Source: Gemmatimonadales bacterium
Lineage (GTDB): Bacteria > Gemmatimonadota > Gemmatimonadetes > Gemmatimonadales > GWC2-71-9
Assembly: GCA_041615815.1 (NCBI GenBank)
Contig: JBFJCP010000001.1
Coordinates: 1 to 64,000 of the forward strand
Direction of reading: 5' to 3'
Length of the DNA: 64,000 bases
The translations under genes and the position numbers were made by a program. Each line of letters starts with the position of its first letter. Position 1 is the first letter of the stretch. Positions 39,336 through 49,299 of this stretch are shown here, in pieces. The notes beneath the pieces are model-generated. The model did not search any database, was not told the origin of the DNA, and saw only the letters and a list, made by a program, of their open reading frames with translations.

Positions 39336-40193
39336 ATGGCATGGTTCCGCAAGGATCGACGGCGGCAGCGGACCCAGCGCGAGCGGTTGGAGATTCCCGC
39401 CGACGCGTGGGACAAGTGTGACGAGTGCGGGCACGTCGACATCACGGAAAAGTTCGAGCGGGCGCTGCACGTCTGTCCGTCGTGCGGGTTTCACCGCCGC
39501 ATCGACGGACGGCGCTATGTGGAACTGCTGACGGATCCCGGCAGCTTCGTCGAGCTGGATGCGGAGCTCCGCTCCGTGGACGCGCTCGAGTTCGAAGGCT
39601 ATGCGGATCGCTTGCTGGCGGCACGCGAAAAAGCTGGCACCGGCGAAGCCATCATCACGGGGTATGGAACCCTCACGGGACTCGAAATCAACCTCGGCGC
39701 CATGCAGTTCCCCTTCATGGGTGGCTCCATGGGGTCGGTGGTGGGGGAAAAGATCGCACGGCTTACCGACCGCTCGATCGACCGCAAGGTGCCCATGATT
39801 CTCGTTTCGGCCTCCGGCGGCGCTCGGATGCAAGAGGGTGTGCTGAGCCTCATGCAAATGGCCAAGACCTCGGCACTGATGGCGCGGCTCCGCGACGCCG
39901 GCATCCCCTACATCTCGATTCTCACCAACCCCACCACTGGTGGTGTCTCCGCGTCGTTTGCCATGCAGGGCGACGCGAACATCGCCGAGCCCGGAGCGGT
40001 CATCGGGTTCGCCGGCCCACGCGTCATCAAGCAGACGATCGGGCAGGATCTGCCGGCAGGGTTCCAGACGGCCGAATTCCTGCTGGAGCATGGCATGGTC
40101 GATGCCGTCGTTCCCCGGGGAGAGCTGGCCGAGACGACCGCGCGTCTGCTGCGCATGATGACCGGCACAGAGGCGCTGGAGGCCTCGACCTGA
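39336..40193 (+). CDS. accD: Acetyl-CoA carboxylase carboxyltransferase beta subunit
   Basis: C4 zinc finger, FMGGSMG, SGGARMQEG, PTTGGVSAS, FQTAEFLLEHG. Confidence 0.96.
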   Translation: MAWFRKDRRRQRTQRERLEIPADAWDKCDECGHVDITEKFERALHVCPSCGFHRRIDGRRYVELLTDPGSFVELDAELRSVDALEFEGYADRLLAAREKAGTGEAIITGYGTLTGLEINLGAMQFPFMGGSMGSVVGEKIARLTDRSIDRKVPMILVSASGGARMQEGVLSLMQMAKTSALMARLRDAGIPYISILTNPTTGGVSASFAMQGDANIAEPGAVIGFAGPRVIKQTIGQDLPAGFQTAEFLLEHGMVDAVVPRGELAETTARLLRMMTGTEALEAST

Positions 40194-41395
40194 ACGTCGA
40201 TTTCGCCCAGGCCGTCGCCTATCTCACCCCCCGCCTGGGCCGCGGCACCAAGTACTCTCTCGAGCCGACCCGCAAGCTCCTCGATCTGATCGGACACCCT
40301 GAACGGGACTTCCACGCGCTGCATGTTGGCGGGACGAATGGGAAGGGATCGGTCGCCACACTCATCTACTCGGCGCTGCGACAATCGGGCCGCCGGGTGG
40401 CCCTGTATACGTCTCCCCATCTCGTCGACGTCCGAGAGCGTATGCTGGTGGACGGGTGCCCGATCTCTCAGGACGCGTTCGCCGCGTGGACCATGAGGCT
40501 GCGCGACGACATCGAACGGGTGGGCGCGAGTTTCTTCGAGGCCACCACCGTGATCGCGTTCGCCGACTTTGCGGCGCGTGGGGCCGAGGTGGCGGTAGTC
40601 GAGGTTGGGCTCGGGGGGCGGCTCGATAGTACCAACGTCCTGGACCCGCTGGTGAGTGGCGTGACACAGATCCGGCGGGAGCACACCGAATATCTGGGTC
40701 ACGCGCTGGCCCAGATTGCCTCCGAGAAGGCGGGCATCGCCAAGCCCGGGCGCCCGTTCGTGGTGGGGGAGGAGAATCCGGAACTCGTGGCTGTCATGAC
40801 CGCGGTCGCCACGCGAGCCGGCGCGCTCCTGGTGCCGGTGGCGCCGGAGCGCCGCTTTCACGGTGCCCTCGGGCTCCGTGGGTCCCACCAGCGGCGCAAT
40901 GCGGCGGTGGCCGAAGCCATGCTGGAGCAGCTTCCGCCCCGCTGGCGCCCCAACCCGGAAGCCCGCGCCCGTGGGTTTGCCCGTGCCCGACTTCCCGGCC
41001 GGTTCGACAGGCGTGGTAGATGGATCTTCGACGTGGCGCACAACGCCTCGGGGATCGATGCATTGGCCCGGGGGCTCGCTGAGGAAAAGCCTGAGCGTCC
41101 GCTCAACGTCTTGGTGGGGATCCTGGCGGACAAGGAATGGAAGGGCATGCTCGACCGCCTCGCGCCGCACGTAGACGCATTATGGGCGACGCAGCCGCCC
41201 AGTGCACCGGAAGGACGCCGCTGGCACCTGGGGCAGGTGGCGGAGTATTGCGGGCCCCGTGCCGTGGTGGAGCCCGACTTCGACAAGGCGCTGGCAGGGG
41301 TACAGGCCGATGCGGCGACCGTCCTCGTCACGGGCTCGTTTCATACCGTGGGAGACGCAATGGCCCGGTTGCCCGGGTTTGCGCCGCTCGGCTAG
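40190..41395 (+). CDS. folC: Folylpolyglutamate/dihydrofolate synthase (probable CTG start)
   Basis: HVGGTNGKGS, YTSPHL, EVGLGGRLDSTN, DVAHN, TGSF. Confidence 0.93.
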   Translation: MNVDFAQAVAYLTPRLGRGTKYSLEPTRKLLDLIGHPERDFHALHVGGTNGKGSVATLIYSALRQSGRRVALYTSPHLVDVRERMLVDGCPISQDAFAAWTMRLRDDIERVGASFFEATTVIAFADFAARGAEVAVVEVGLGGRLDSTNVLDPLVSGVTQIRREHTEYLGHALAQIASEKAGIAKPGRPFVVGEENPELVAVMTAVATRAGALLVPVAPERRFHGALGLRGSHQRRNAAVAEAMLEQLPPRWRPNPEARARGFARARLPGRFDRRGRWIFDVAHNASGIDALARGLAEEKPERPLNVLVGILADKEWKGMLDRLAPHVDALWATQPPSAPEGRRWHLGQVAEYCGPRAVVEPDFDKALAGVQADAATVLVTGSFHTVGDAMARLPGFAPLG

Positions 41396-41403
41396 ATTGC
41401 TCC

Positions 41404-42702
41404 ATGCCAATCCAGGGTTTGCCCGGTTTTCGCGATTTTTACCCCGAAGACTTGGCTCTCCGAGAGCACATCGAAGGCGTGTGGCGAGCCGTTGCGACCC
41501 GGTACGGCTTTCAGGAGTACGACGGCCCACCGCTGGAGCCCCTCGAGCTCTACGTACAGAAGAGCGGCGAGGAGATCGTGGGCCAGTTGTATGAATTCCG
41601 GGACAAGGGGGGGCGGGAGGTGGCGCTGCGCCCGGAGATGACTCCCACCCTGGCCCGAATGGTGGCGGCTCGGGCCGACGCCCTCAAGAAACCGATCCGT
41701 TGGTTCTCGATCCCGCAGCTCTTTCGGTACGAGCGACAGCAACGTGGCCGATTGCGGGAGCACTTGCAGTTCAACATGGATCTGCTCGGTGAGCCCGGGC
41801 CCCTCGCAGATGCGGAGATCATTGCGGCCGCGCTGGACGTGATGCGCGCGCTCGGACTGGGCCCTGAAGACGTGCGAGTGCGCGTTTCCGACCGACGGGT
41901 TGTCCGCGCGTTGCTCTGCGCCAGCGGGGTGGCGGAAGAAGGTTTGCCACATGCCTACGCGGCAATGGACAAGATTGGGCGCGCACCGCGCGAAAAATTG
42001 GTGGCCGGCCTCGTCGATGTGCTGGGCGTGAGTACCGGCTCCGAGATTCCGGAGCGCGTGCTTTCGATCGCAGAAATCCGGGGCCTCGATAACGTCACGC
42101 GGCGGTTGGCCGATGGCGGTAATCGCGCCGCAGAGGTGGAGCCCCTCGTCGAGTGCGTTGAGGCCCTACAGCGCATGACCCTCGGTGCGTTCGTGGATGT
42201 GGATCTGTCAGTGGTACGTGGACTGGCGTATTACACCGGGATCGTCTTCGAATTGTTCGATGCTCGGGGCAGCCTGCGCGCCATCTGCGGCGGTGGGCGG
42301 TATGATGGTCTCCTGGCGGCGCTCGGCGGCAAGGATCTGCCCGCCGTCGGCTTTGGAATGGGCGATGTCGTCCTCGGTGAGCTCCTTCGAGAGGCCGAAC
42401 GCCTTCCGGTGCCCGCCGCACCCGTGGATGCCTTCTTGGTCGCGATCACGAGTGACGATCTGCCCGAGGTGCTCTCCTTGGCGCATCGTCTCAGAGACCG
42501 CGGCGTGCGGGTCGAGTTCGCGTTGAAGCAGCAGTCCATCAGCAAGCAGCTGAAACTCGCCGCGGCCCGCCCGGCGCAGCGGGCCGTGATGGTGGGCCCC
42601 GACGAGCGAAAAGCCGGCCGCGCGATTGTGAGGGACCTGGAAACGGGTCACGAAGAGAAGGTCGGCTTCGACCAGCTCGTGGATGCGTACGTCTGGACCT
42701 AG
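41404..42702 (+). CDS. hisS: Histidine--tRNA ligase
   Basis: GFRDF, LRPEMTP, FRYERQQRGR, RGLAYYTG, GGGRYD. Confidence 0.97.
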   Translation: MPIQGLPGFRDFYPEDLALREHIEGVWRAVATRYGFQEYDGPPLEPLELYVQKSGEEIVGQLYEFRDKGGREVALRPEMTPTLARMVAARADALKKPIRWFSIPQLFRYERQQRGRLREHLQFNMDLLGEPGPLADAEIIAAALDVMRALGLGPEDVRVRVSDRRVVRALLCASGVAEEGLPHAYAAMDKIGRAPREKLVAGLVDVLGVSTGSEIPERVLSIAEIRGLDNVTRRLADGGNRAAEVEPLVECVEALQRMTLGAFVDVDLSVVRGLAYYTGIVFELFDARGSLRAICGGGRYDGLLAALGGKDLPAVGFGMGDVVLGELLREAERLPVPAAPVDAFLVAITSDDLPEVLSLAHRLRDRGVRVEFALKQQSISKQLKLAAARPAQRAVMVGPDERKAGRAIVRDLETGHEEKVGFDQLVDAYVWT

Positions 42703-42750
42703 CAGGCCGCCGCTGCGTATGGCGGGGCGCGCCGCGATACAAGGAGAGGA

Positions 42751-44196
42751 ATGCGTAAGGAGCAGGGGATAACGTCGCGCGCCGACGATTTCAGTGCTTG
42801 GTACAATGACGTGATCATGCGCGCGGAGCTGGCGGACTATTCGCCCGTTCGTGGCTGCATGGTGATTCGGCCACGCGGGTACAAGATCTGGGAGCTGATG
42901 CAGCGGGCGCTCGACGATATGTTCGCCGCCACTGGCCATCAGAACGCCTACTTCCCTCTGTTCATCCCGCAGAGTTTTCTCGCCAAGGAGGCGGAGCACG
43001 TCGAGGGGTTTTCTCCCCAGACCGCCGTGGTGACCCACGGGGGGGGCAAGGAGCTCGAGGAGCCACTGGTCATTCGACCAACGTCCGAGACCATCATTTA
43101 CGCGATGTTATCGAAGTGGGTGCAGAGTCACCGAGATCTTCCAGTGTTGCTGAATCAGTGGAACAACGTCGTGCGCTGGGAGCTCCGCACGCGACTGTTC
43201 TTGCGAACCACGGAGTTTCTCTGGCAGGAGGGGCACACGGCCCACGCCACCTCCGCCGAGGCGGAGGCTGAAGCGCGGCAAATGTTGGCGATCTATCGAC
43301 GATTCATGGAAGAGTGGATGGCGCTGCCCGTCATCACCGGCATCAAGACCGAATCAGAAAAGTTCGCAGGCGCCATCCGCACCCACGCGCTCGAGGGACT
43401 GATGCAGGACAATAAGGCGTTGCAGGCGGGCACCTCGCACTTCCTGGGTCAGAATTTCGCCAAGGCATTCGACGTGCGCTATCAAACCGAGCAGGGAGAT
43501 CTCGAGTACGTATGGAGCACGTCGTGGGGAGTCTCCACGCGCCTCGTGGGAGGACTGATTCTGACGCACAGCGACGATCGAGGTCTCGTCTGTCCGCCGC
43601 GACTCGCGCCCACACACGTCGTGATCGTCCCCATCTGGAAGTCCGATGACCAGCGTGCCGTCGTTTTGCGAGAGTCGACGCGTCTCCAAGATGAACTCCG
43701 GAAGGGGGCCTTGCGGGTCGAGTTGGACGATCGGGACGGCATGAAGCCCGGCGCCAAGTACTACCATTGGGAGGCACGCGGGGTGCCGGTGAGGATCGAG
43801 ATCGGTCCCCGCGACGTGGAGAATGAGCAGGTCATGCTGGCCCGGCGGACGGGTGGCAAGGCTGCCACGCCCCGACGTGGAGTGGTGGAAGCGGTGACGG
43901 GCGCGTTGGAGGAGATTCAGTCGACTCTCTTCGAGGCTGCCCGAGCCCGACGAGATGCCAACTCGATCCGTGGGGTGGATCGGGACGCCCTGACAGCATT
44001 TCTGAATGGACCCGGAGGTTTCGCCTACGGCGGGTTTTGTGGCAGCACGTCGTGTGAGAACGCGGTCAAGGACGAGACCAAGGCAACGATTCGCGTGCTT
44101 CCTGACGAGGAGTTCCGCTCCGAAAGCTCGCCGTCGGCGTGCGCGTGGTGCGGGGCACCGCCGAGTGCCGAGGCGGTATGGGCCAAGGCGTACTGA
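42751..44196 (+). CDS. proS: Proline--tRNA ligase (archaeal/eukaryote-like type)
   Basis: RPTSET, QWNNVVRWE, FLWQEGH, GTSHFLGQNF, C-terminal WAKAY. Confidence 0.96.
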   Translation: MRKEQGITSRADDFSAWYNDVIMRAELADYSPVRGCMVIRPRGYKIWELMQRALDDMFAATGHQNAYFPLFIPQSFLAKEAEHVEGFSPQTAVVTHGGGKELEEPLVIRPTSETIIYAMLSKWVQSHRDLPVLLNQWNNVVRWELRTRLFLRTTEFLWQEGHTAHATSAEAEAEARQMLAIYRRFMEEWMALPVITGIKTESEKFAGAIRTHALEGLMQDNKALQAGTSHFLGQNFAKAFDVRYQTEQGDLEYVWSTSWGVSTRLVGGLILTHSDDRGLVCPPRLAPTHVVIVPIWKSDDQRAVVLRESTRLQDELRKGALRVELDDRDGMKPGAKYYHWEARGVPVRIEIGPRDVENEQVMLARRTGGKAATPRRGVVEAVTGALEEIQSTLFEAARARRDANSIRGVDRDALTAFLNGPGGFAYGGFCGSTSCENAVKDETKATIRVLPDEEFRSESSPSACAWCGAPPSAEAVWAKAY

Positions 44197-45434
44197 CGCG
44201 GGTGGACCTGCTCCAGCGTATTGCGGACGTCGTCGACACGCCGGTGTACGTGTACGACGCGGATGTGATTCGTCGTCGCTACCGCGAGTTGGAAGTTGCC
44301 TTTGCGGCGTTGCCGCACCGCATCTGCTACTCCATCAAGGCTAACAGCAACGGTGCGGTTCTCGCACTGCTCAAGGAACTGGGCGCGGGAGCTGACATCG
44401 TTTCCGGCGGGGAGCTGGCCCGCGCGCTCCGAGCAGGGTTTGCTCCCGAGAGCATTGTCTTCAGTGGTGTCGGCAAGCGCCCCCGGGAGCTCCGTGCAGC
44501 GCTGCATGCCGGGGTTGGCTTGATCAACATCGAATCGGCGGGAGAGCTCGACACGCTGCAAGATTTGGCAGAGCGATCCGGGCAAGTGGCTCGGTTTGGC
44601 ATCCGGGTGAACCCAGACGTCACGGCCGAGACGCATCCCTACACGCAGACCGCTGGTAGGGGGATCAAGTTCGGCGTTCCCTTGGATCAGGTGGTGCCGC
44701 TCGCTGTATGCAGTCGCAACAGCCAAAAGCTCCGATTGACCAGCATCGGCATGCATATCGGGTCCCAGATTTCGGATCCAGAACACTTCCGCCGGGGTGC
44801 CGAGACGATGGCCGAACTGGTGGAGACGATGCAAAGCGCGGGCATCGACGGTCTGGAGTCGGTGGATGTGGGTGGTGGGCTGGCGATTCAGTACGAAGAT
44901 GGACCGGCGCTGACGGCCACGGCGTTCGCCGACGCCGTCCGGCCGCTCGTCGAACGGACTGCGTTGCCGCTCGTGCTGGAACCCGGACGATTCTTGGTTG
45001 GCGCGGCCGGAGTTCTTCTCATGCGGTGCCTCTATCGAAAGCACTCGGGAGGGAAGGACCTCGCCGTTGTTGACGCCGGTATGAACGACTTACTGCGCCC
45101 GAGTCTCTACCAGGCGCGGCACGAGATCCGTGTCGTGGTGCCCGGCACTGCCGCAGAGGTGCATTCGGACGGCCCCGTGGACGTCGTGGGTCCGCTGTGC
45201 GAGTCGGGTGATTTCTTGGGGCGAGACCGCTACCTCCCAGGGCTCGAACCTGGGGCGCTCTTGGCAGTCCATGGGGCGGGGGCATACGGTTTCACCATGA
45301 GCTCCACGTACAATTCGCGCCCTCGACCGGCAGAGGTGCTCGTGGATGGTGGGCGGTGGGCAGTGGTCCGGTCCCGGGAATCCGTCGAGGATCTGTGGCG
45401 CGGCGAGCAGGACCAGCTCGAGTGGACCACATAA
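44178..45434 (+). CDS. lysA: Diaminopimelate decarboxylase
   Basis: YSIKAN, DIVSGGE, HIGSQI, EPGR, GPLCESGD, YNSRPR. Confidence 0.95.
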   Translation: MGQGVLTRVDLLQRIADVVDTPVYVYDADVIRRRYRELEVAFAALPHRICYSIKANSNGAVLALLKELGAGADIVSGGELARALRAGFAPESIVFSGVGKRPRELRAALHAGVGLINIESAGELDTLQDLAERSGQVARFGIRVNPDVTAETHPYTQTAGRGIKFGVPLDQVVPLAVCSRNSQKLRLTSIGMHIGSQISDPEHFRRGAETMAELVETMQSAGIDGLESVDVGGGLAIQYEDGPALTATAFADAVRPLVERTALPLVLEPGRFLVGAAGVLLMRCLYRKHSGGKDLAVVDAGMNDLLRPSLYQARHEIRVVVPGTAAEVHSDGPVDVVGPLCESGDFLGRDRYLPGLEPGALLAVHGAGAYGFTMSSTYNSRPRPAEVLVDGGRWAVVRSRESVEDLWRGEQDQLEWTT

Positions 45435-45437
45435 GCC

Positions 45438-46994
45438 ATGAGCGATCTCCGCAGTGGGATTTTGATTCTCGACTACGGCAGTCAGTACACCCAGCTCATC
45501 GCGCGCCGGATTCGCGAAGCACACGTGTACAGCGAGATCCACCCACCGACGTGCAGGTCCGCGTGGATCGCCGCGCAGCGGCCGAAGGGAATCGTCTTGT
45601 CGGGCGGACCCGGCTCGGTGTACGACACGGATGCCCCCAAGCTCGATCCGGCAATCCTCGCGCTGGGTATTCCGGTCCTCGGCGTCTGTTACGGTATGCA
45701 GCTTATTGCCCAGCACACCGGTGGTCAGGTCGCGCGCACCGGCCTCCGCGAGTATGGCCGGGCGGAGGTTTGCGTGGCGGCCACCGATGGGCTCTTCGCG
45801 GGCTTCGACCCCGGCGAACGGGTGGCTGTCTGGATGAGCCACGGCGACAGCGTGCGGGAACTTGGTCCAGGATTCGAGATCATTGCCGCGAGCGAGAGCA
45901 GCCCCGTCGCGGCTTTCGCGCAGCCGGACCGGCAGCTGGTGGGCGTGCAGTTTCATCCCGAGGTGGTGCACACGCCACGGGGCACCGAGATCCTCGCCAA
46001 CTTCTTGTTTGGTGTTTGCCGCTGCGTCGCTGATTGGACGGCGGGACACTTCATCGAGGAACACGTCCGCGGCATCGCGGAGCAAGTGGGTGACGGCCGC
46101 GCCATTTGTGGCCTCTCGGGCGGCGTCGACTCTGCGGTTGCCGCGGTGCTCGTACACCGTGCGCTGGGCGATCGCTTGAGCTGCATCTTCGTGGACCATG
46201 GTCTGCTCCGATTGCACGAGCGCCAACAGGTGGAGCGTGTGTTTCGCGCGCATCTCAAGATGGACCTGCGAGTCGTGGATGCCGCAGACCGGTTTATCAG
46301 TCGCCTCGGCGGGATCGGGGATCCCGAGGAGAAGCGCCGTATCATTGGGCACACCTTCATCGACGTGTTCGAGGAAGCCGCGGCGGATGTGGGCAGGGAC
46401 GTCAAATACCTGGTGCAAGGCACGCTCTATCCGGACGTCATCGAGTCCGTCTCGCCACAGGGCGGACCCTCCGCCACGATCAAGACGCACCACAACGTCG
46501 GTGGCCTTAGGCCCGATCTCCCCTTCGAGCTCATTGAGCCACTGCGGGAGTTGTTCAAGGACGAGGTTCGGCAGGTGGGGCGCGAACTCGGGCTACCGGA
46601 GAGCATCGTGGGCCGACATCCATTTCCAGGACCAGGGCTAGCCATCCGCATCCTCGGGCCCGTGACCCGAGACGGCCTCGAGATGTTGCGCCAGGCTGAC
46701 GCGATCTACATCGAGGAGATTCAAGAGGCTGGGTTGTACGATGATATCTGGCAGGCGTTTGCGCTGCTGCTACCGGTCCGGGCCGTGGGCGTCATGGGGG
46801 ATGCTCGCACGTACGAGAACGTCGTGGCGTTGCGGGCCGTCACGAGCGTGGACGGGATGACGGCGGATTGGTTCTCCTTCCCGCACGACGTGTTGGGGCG
46901 TATGGCGAATCGCATCATCAACGAGGTCGCCGGGGTCAACCGCGTCGTGTACGACGTCAGCTCCAAGCCTCCCGCGACGATCGAATGGGAGTAA
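45438..46994 (+). CDS. guaA: GMP synthase
   Basis: [47 protein letters not shown]. Confidence 0.98.
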   Translation: MSDLRSGILILDYGSQYTQLIARRIREAHVYSEIHPPTCRSAWIAAQRPKGIVLSGGPGSVYDTDAPKLDPAILALGIPVLGVCYGMQLIAQHTGGQVARTGLREYGRAEVCVAATDGLFAGFDPGERVAVWMSHGDSVRELGPGFEIIAASESSPVAAFAQPDRQLVGVQFHPEVVHTPRGTEILANFLFGVCRCVADWTAGHFIEEHVRGIAEQVGDGRAICGLSGGVDSAVAAVLVHRALGDRLSCIFVDHGLLRLHERQQVERVFRAHLKMDLRVVDAADRFISRLGGIGDPEEKRRIIGHTFIDVFEEAAADVGRDVKYLVQGTLYPDVIESVSPQGGPSATIKTHHNVGGLRPDLPFELIEPLRELFKDEVRQVGRELGLPESIVGRHPFPGPGLAIRILGPVTRDGLEMLRQADAIYIEEIQEAGLYDDIWQAFALLLPVRAVGVMGDARTYENVVALRAVTSVDGMTADWFSFPHDVLGRMANRIINEVAGVNRVVYDVSSKPPATIEWE

Positions 46995-47005
46995 TGGCGC
47001 AGAGG

Positions 47006-47458
47006 CTAGAGGTTCTTCTCTTCTAGAAGCTCGAGAAACTCCTCCGGTCGTTCCAGCTTGGTGAGGCGCTCCGGTACGTCCGGCTCCTTGGCGAACTGGG
47101 CGATCTTGCCGAGCACCGGAAGGTACTGATTGGAGACCTCCAGGGGCGGCGCGACAATCAGGAAGAAATGATGCACCGGCTTGTTGTCGATGGCTCGAAA
47201 ATCGAGCCCTTCGCGTTTCCGACCGAACGCGACCCGGAGCCGGTTCACCACCAGGGATCGGCAGTGGGGGATGGCGATGCCCCGTCCAATGCCGGTGGAC
47301 CCGAGGTTCTCGCGCCGTTTCACGATCTTGAAGAGGGTCTGCTCGGCGTCGGGACTGAGTGCGAGCAACGCGATGAGCTCTCGCAGAATCTCGTCCTTGG
47401 TCTCGCCCTCGAGTGCGACGCTAATGGCGTCCGGCGAAAAGAAATCTTTGAGGTGCAT
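47006..47458 (-). CDS. PTS IIA domain protein (IIA-Ntr/Fru type)
   Basis: RENLGSTGIGRGIAIPH phospho-His motif. Confidence 0.92.
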   Translation of the reverse strand: MHLKDFFSPDAISVALEGETKDEILRELIALLALSPDAEQTLFKIVKRRENLGSTGIGRGIAIPHCRSLVVNRLRVAFGRKREGLDFRAIDNKPVHHFFLIVAPPLEVSNQYLPVLGKIAQFAKEPDVPERLTKLERPEEFLELLEEKNL

Positions 47459-47563
47459 ATGGGAAGTCGAGTCGGTGTGAGCCGCGCGTAACGTAAAGAG
47501 CTCCCTCCCCACTGTCAAACGCCGGTTGCCCCCCACTGGGGGACCGGTTATATGTTCGCCACC

Positions 47564-48547
47564 ATGCGATTCCCGTATCCCGTCTCCCACCGGGTCCCCC
47601 TGTTCCTCGCGCCCATGGCTGGCGTGTCAGAGCCACCGTTCCGGCGGCTTTGTCGCGCGTTCGGTGCGGACGTGGTCGTGTCGGAGTTCCTGTCATGCGA
47701 GGGGCTCCGCCGCGGGATCAAGAGCGTGCACGACGGGGCGTACTTCACGCCGGAAGAACGGCCCATCGGGATCCAACTCTATGGAGCGGATCCCGTAGGC
47801 ATGGCCGAAGCCGCGGCACTGGTGACGGAGCATTACGCCCCCGATTTCGTGGACATCAACTTTGGGTGTCCTGTGAAGAAGGTCGTCAAGCGCAACGGCG
47901 GGTCCGGATGTCTCAGGGACCTGGATCTGGTCGCGCGGATCATCCGCGCCGTTCGGGGCGCCACGCATCTCCCGGTCACCGCGAAGATCAGGAGCGGCTG
48001 GGATGAATCGTTGCGTGATCCCGTCCAGATCGGGCTGCGGTGCCAGGACGCAGGGGCAGCGGTATTGACGCTCCATCCACGCACGCGCGCACAGATGTAT
48101 GCGGGGCGGGCGCAGTGGGACGAGATTGCCGCCGTCAAGGATGCACTGGACATTCCGGTGGTCGGCAATGGTGATGTGAAGACGGCGGACGACGCGGTAC
48201 GGCTGCAGCGAGAAACGGGCTGCGACGGCATCATGGTGGCCCGGGGTTCGTTTGGGAACCCCTGGATCTTCCAGCAGGCGAGAGCCGTGTTGGACGGTGC
48301 GATCCCGCGAGGGGAGCCGGGTCCAGCGGAGCGCTTTGCGGTTGCGCTGCACCACGCCAGACTGCAGGCGGCGATCCAAGGGGACACGCGGCGGACCGCC
48401 GTGGAATTTCGGAAGCATTTGGGGTGGTACGTGCGGGGCCTTCCCAGGGCGGCGGACCTGCGGCGTCGCCTGCACCAGGTAGAATCGATGGCCGAGGTTG
48501 AGCGGATCTTTCGCGATCACCTCGAGCCCGCCGCTGCGGTCGGGTGA
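47564..48547 (+). CDS. dusB: tRNA-dihydrouridine synthase
   Basis: LAPMAG, DINFGCP, TAKIRSGW, GNGDV, RKHLGWY. Confidence 0.94.
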   Translation: MRFPYPVSHRVPLFLAPMAGVSEPPFRRLCRAFGADVVVSEFLSCEGLRRGIKSVHDGAYFTPEERPIGIQLYGADPVGMAEAAALVTEHYAPDFVDINFGCPVKKVVKRNGGSGCLRDLDLVARIIRAVRGATHLPVTAKIRSGWDESLRDPVQIGLRCQDAGAAVLTLHPRTRAQMYAGRAQWDEIAAVKDALDIPVVGNGDVKTADDAVRLQRETGCDGIMVARGSFGNPWIFQQARAVLDGAIPRGEPGPAERFAVALHHARLQAAIQGDTRRTAVEFRKHLGWYVRGLPRAADLRRRLHQVESMAEVERIFRDHLEPAAAVG

Positions 48548-49299
48548 CCGAAGAGCGCCTCGCCGAACTCCTCCAGCAGGTCGCGAGCGGCGCCGTGCCC
48601 GCCCGTGCAGCCCTCGATCAACTACGTCGTTTTCCCGTGGAAGACCTCTCGTACGCCCAGATTGACCACGCGCGGTCGCTCATTCAAGGCTTTCCGGAGG
48701 TGGTGCTTTGCGATGGGAAGACCGTCGATCAGGTGGTGGGAATCTGCCAGGTGCTGGAGCGCTCCGGAGGGTCGTTTCTCGCCACGCGAGCGGGTCCACC
48801 CATCCAGGACGCGCTGCAGACAGCATTTCCAGCCGCAACGGTCAACGGGCTGGCGCGGACGGTCCATCTGGAGCCCGCCCCCGCTCCTGCGCCTACCGGT
48901 CGCGGAACCATCTTGGTGGTGAGTGCCGGGACCAGTGACCTGCCCGTGGCAGAAGAAGCGGTCGTCGTTGCTCGCGTCATGCGCAACGAGGTGTGTACGC
49001 TCTACGATGTGGGTGTCGCAGGCATTCACCGCCTGTTGCGGCAGACGGCGATGCTGGATCGAGCATCGGTGATCATCGTAGTAGCCGGCATGGACGGCGC
49101 ATTGGCGAGTGTTGTGGGAGGGATGGTGCGGGTACCAGTGATCGCGGTGCCCACGAGTGTGGGCTACGGCGCGGCGTTCGGGGGCGTATCCGCATTGTTG
49201 GCGATGCTCAATTCTTGTGCCTCGGGGATCACTGTCGTGAACATCGACAACGGATTCGGCGCAGCGGCGGCGGCGTCGCGAATCAACCACATGGGGTGA
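48544..49299 (+). CDS. larB: LarB-like (AIR carboxylase/PurE-related) nickel-pincer cofactor biosynthesis protein
   Basis: GFPEVV, AGTSDLPVAEEA, DVGVAGIHRL, PTSVGYG, NSCASG, NIDNGFGA. Confidence 0.9.
   Translation: MTEERLAELLQQVASGAVPARAALDQLRRFPVEDLSYAQIDHARSLIQGFPEVVLCDGKTVDQVVGICQVLERSGGSFLATRAGPPIQDALQTAFPAATVNGLARTVHLEPAPAPAPTGRGTILVVSAGTSDLPVAEEAVVVARVMRNEVCTLYDVGVAGIHRLLRQTAMLDRASVIIVVAGMDGALASVVGGMVRVPVIAVPTSVGYGAAFGGVSALLAMLNSCASGITVVNIDNGFGAAAAASRINHMG

Noticed and set aside
41365..41435. Near-repeat (LPGF-encoding) at the folC end and hisS start
   Set aside because: Short and imperfect; explained by protein-level coincidence.
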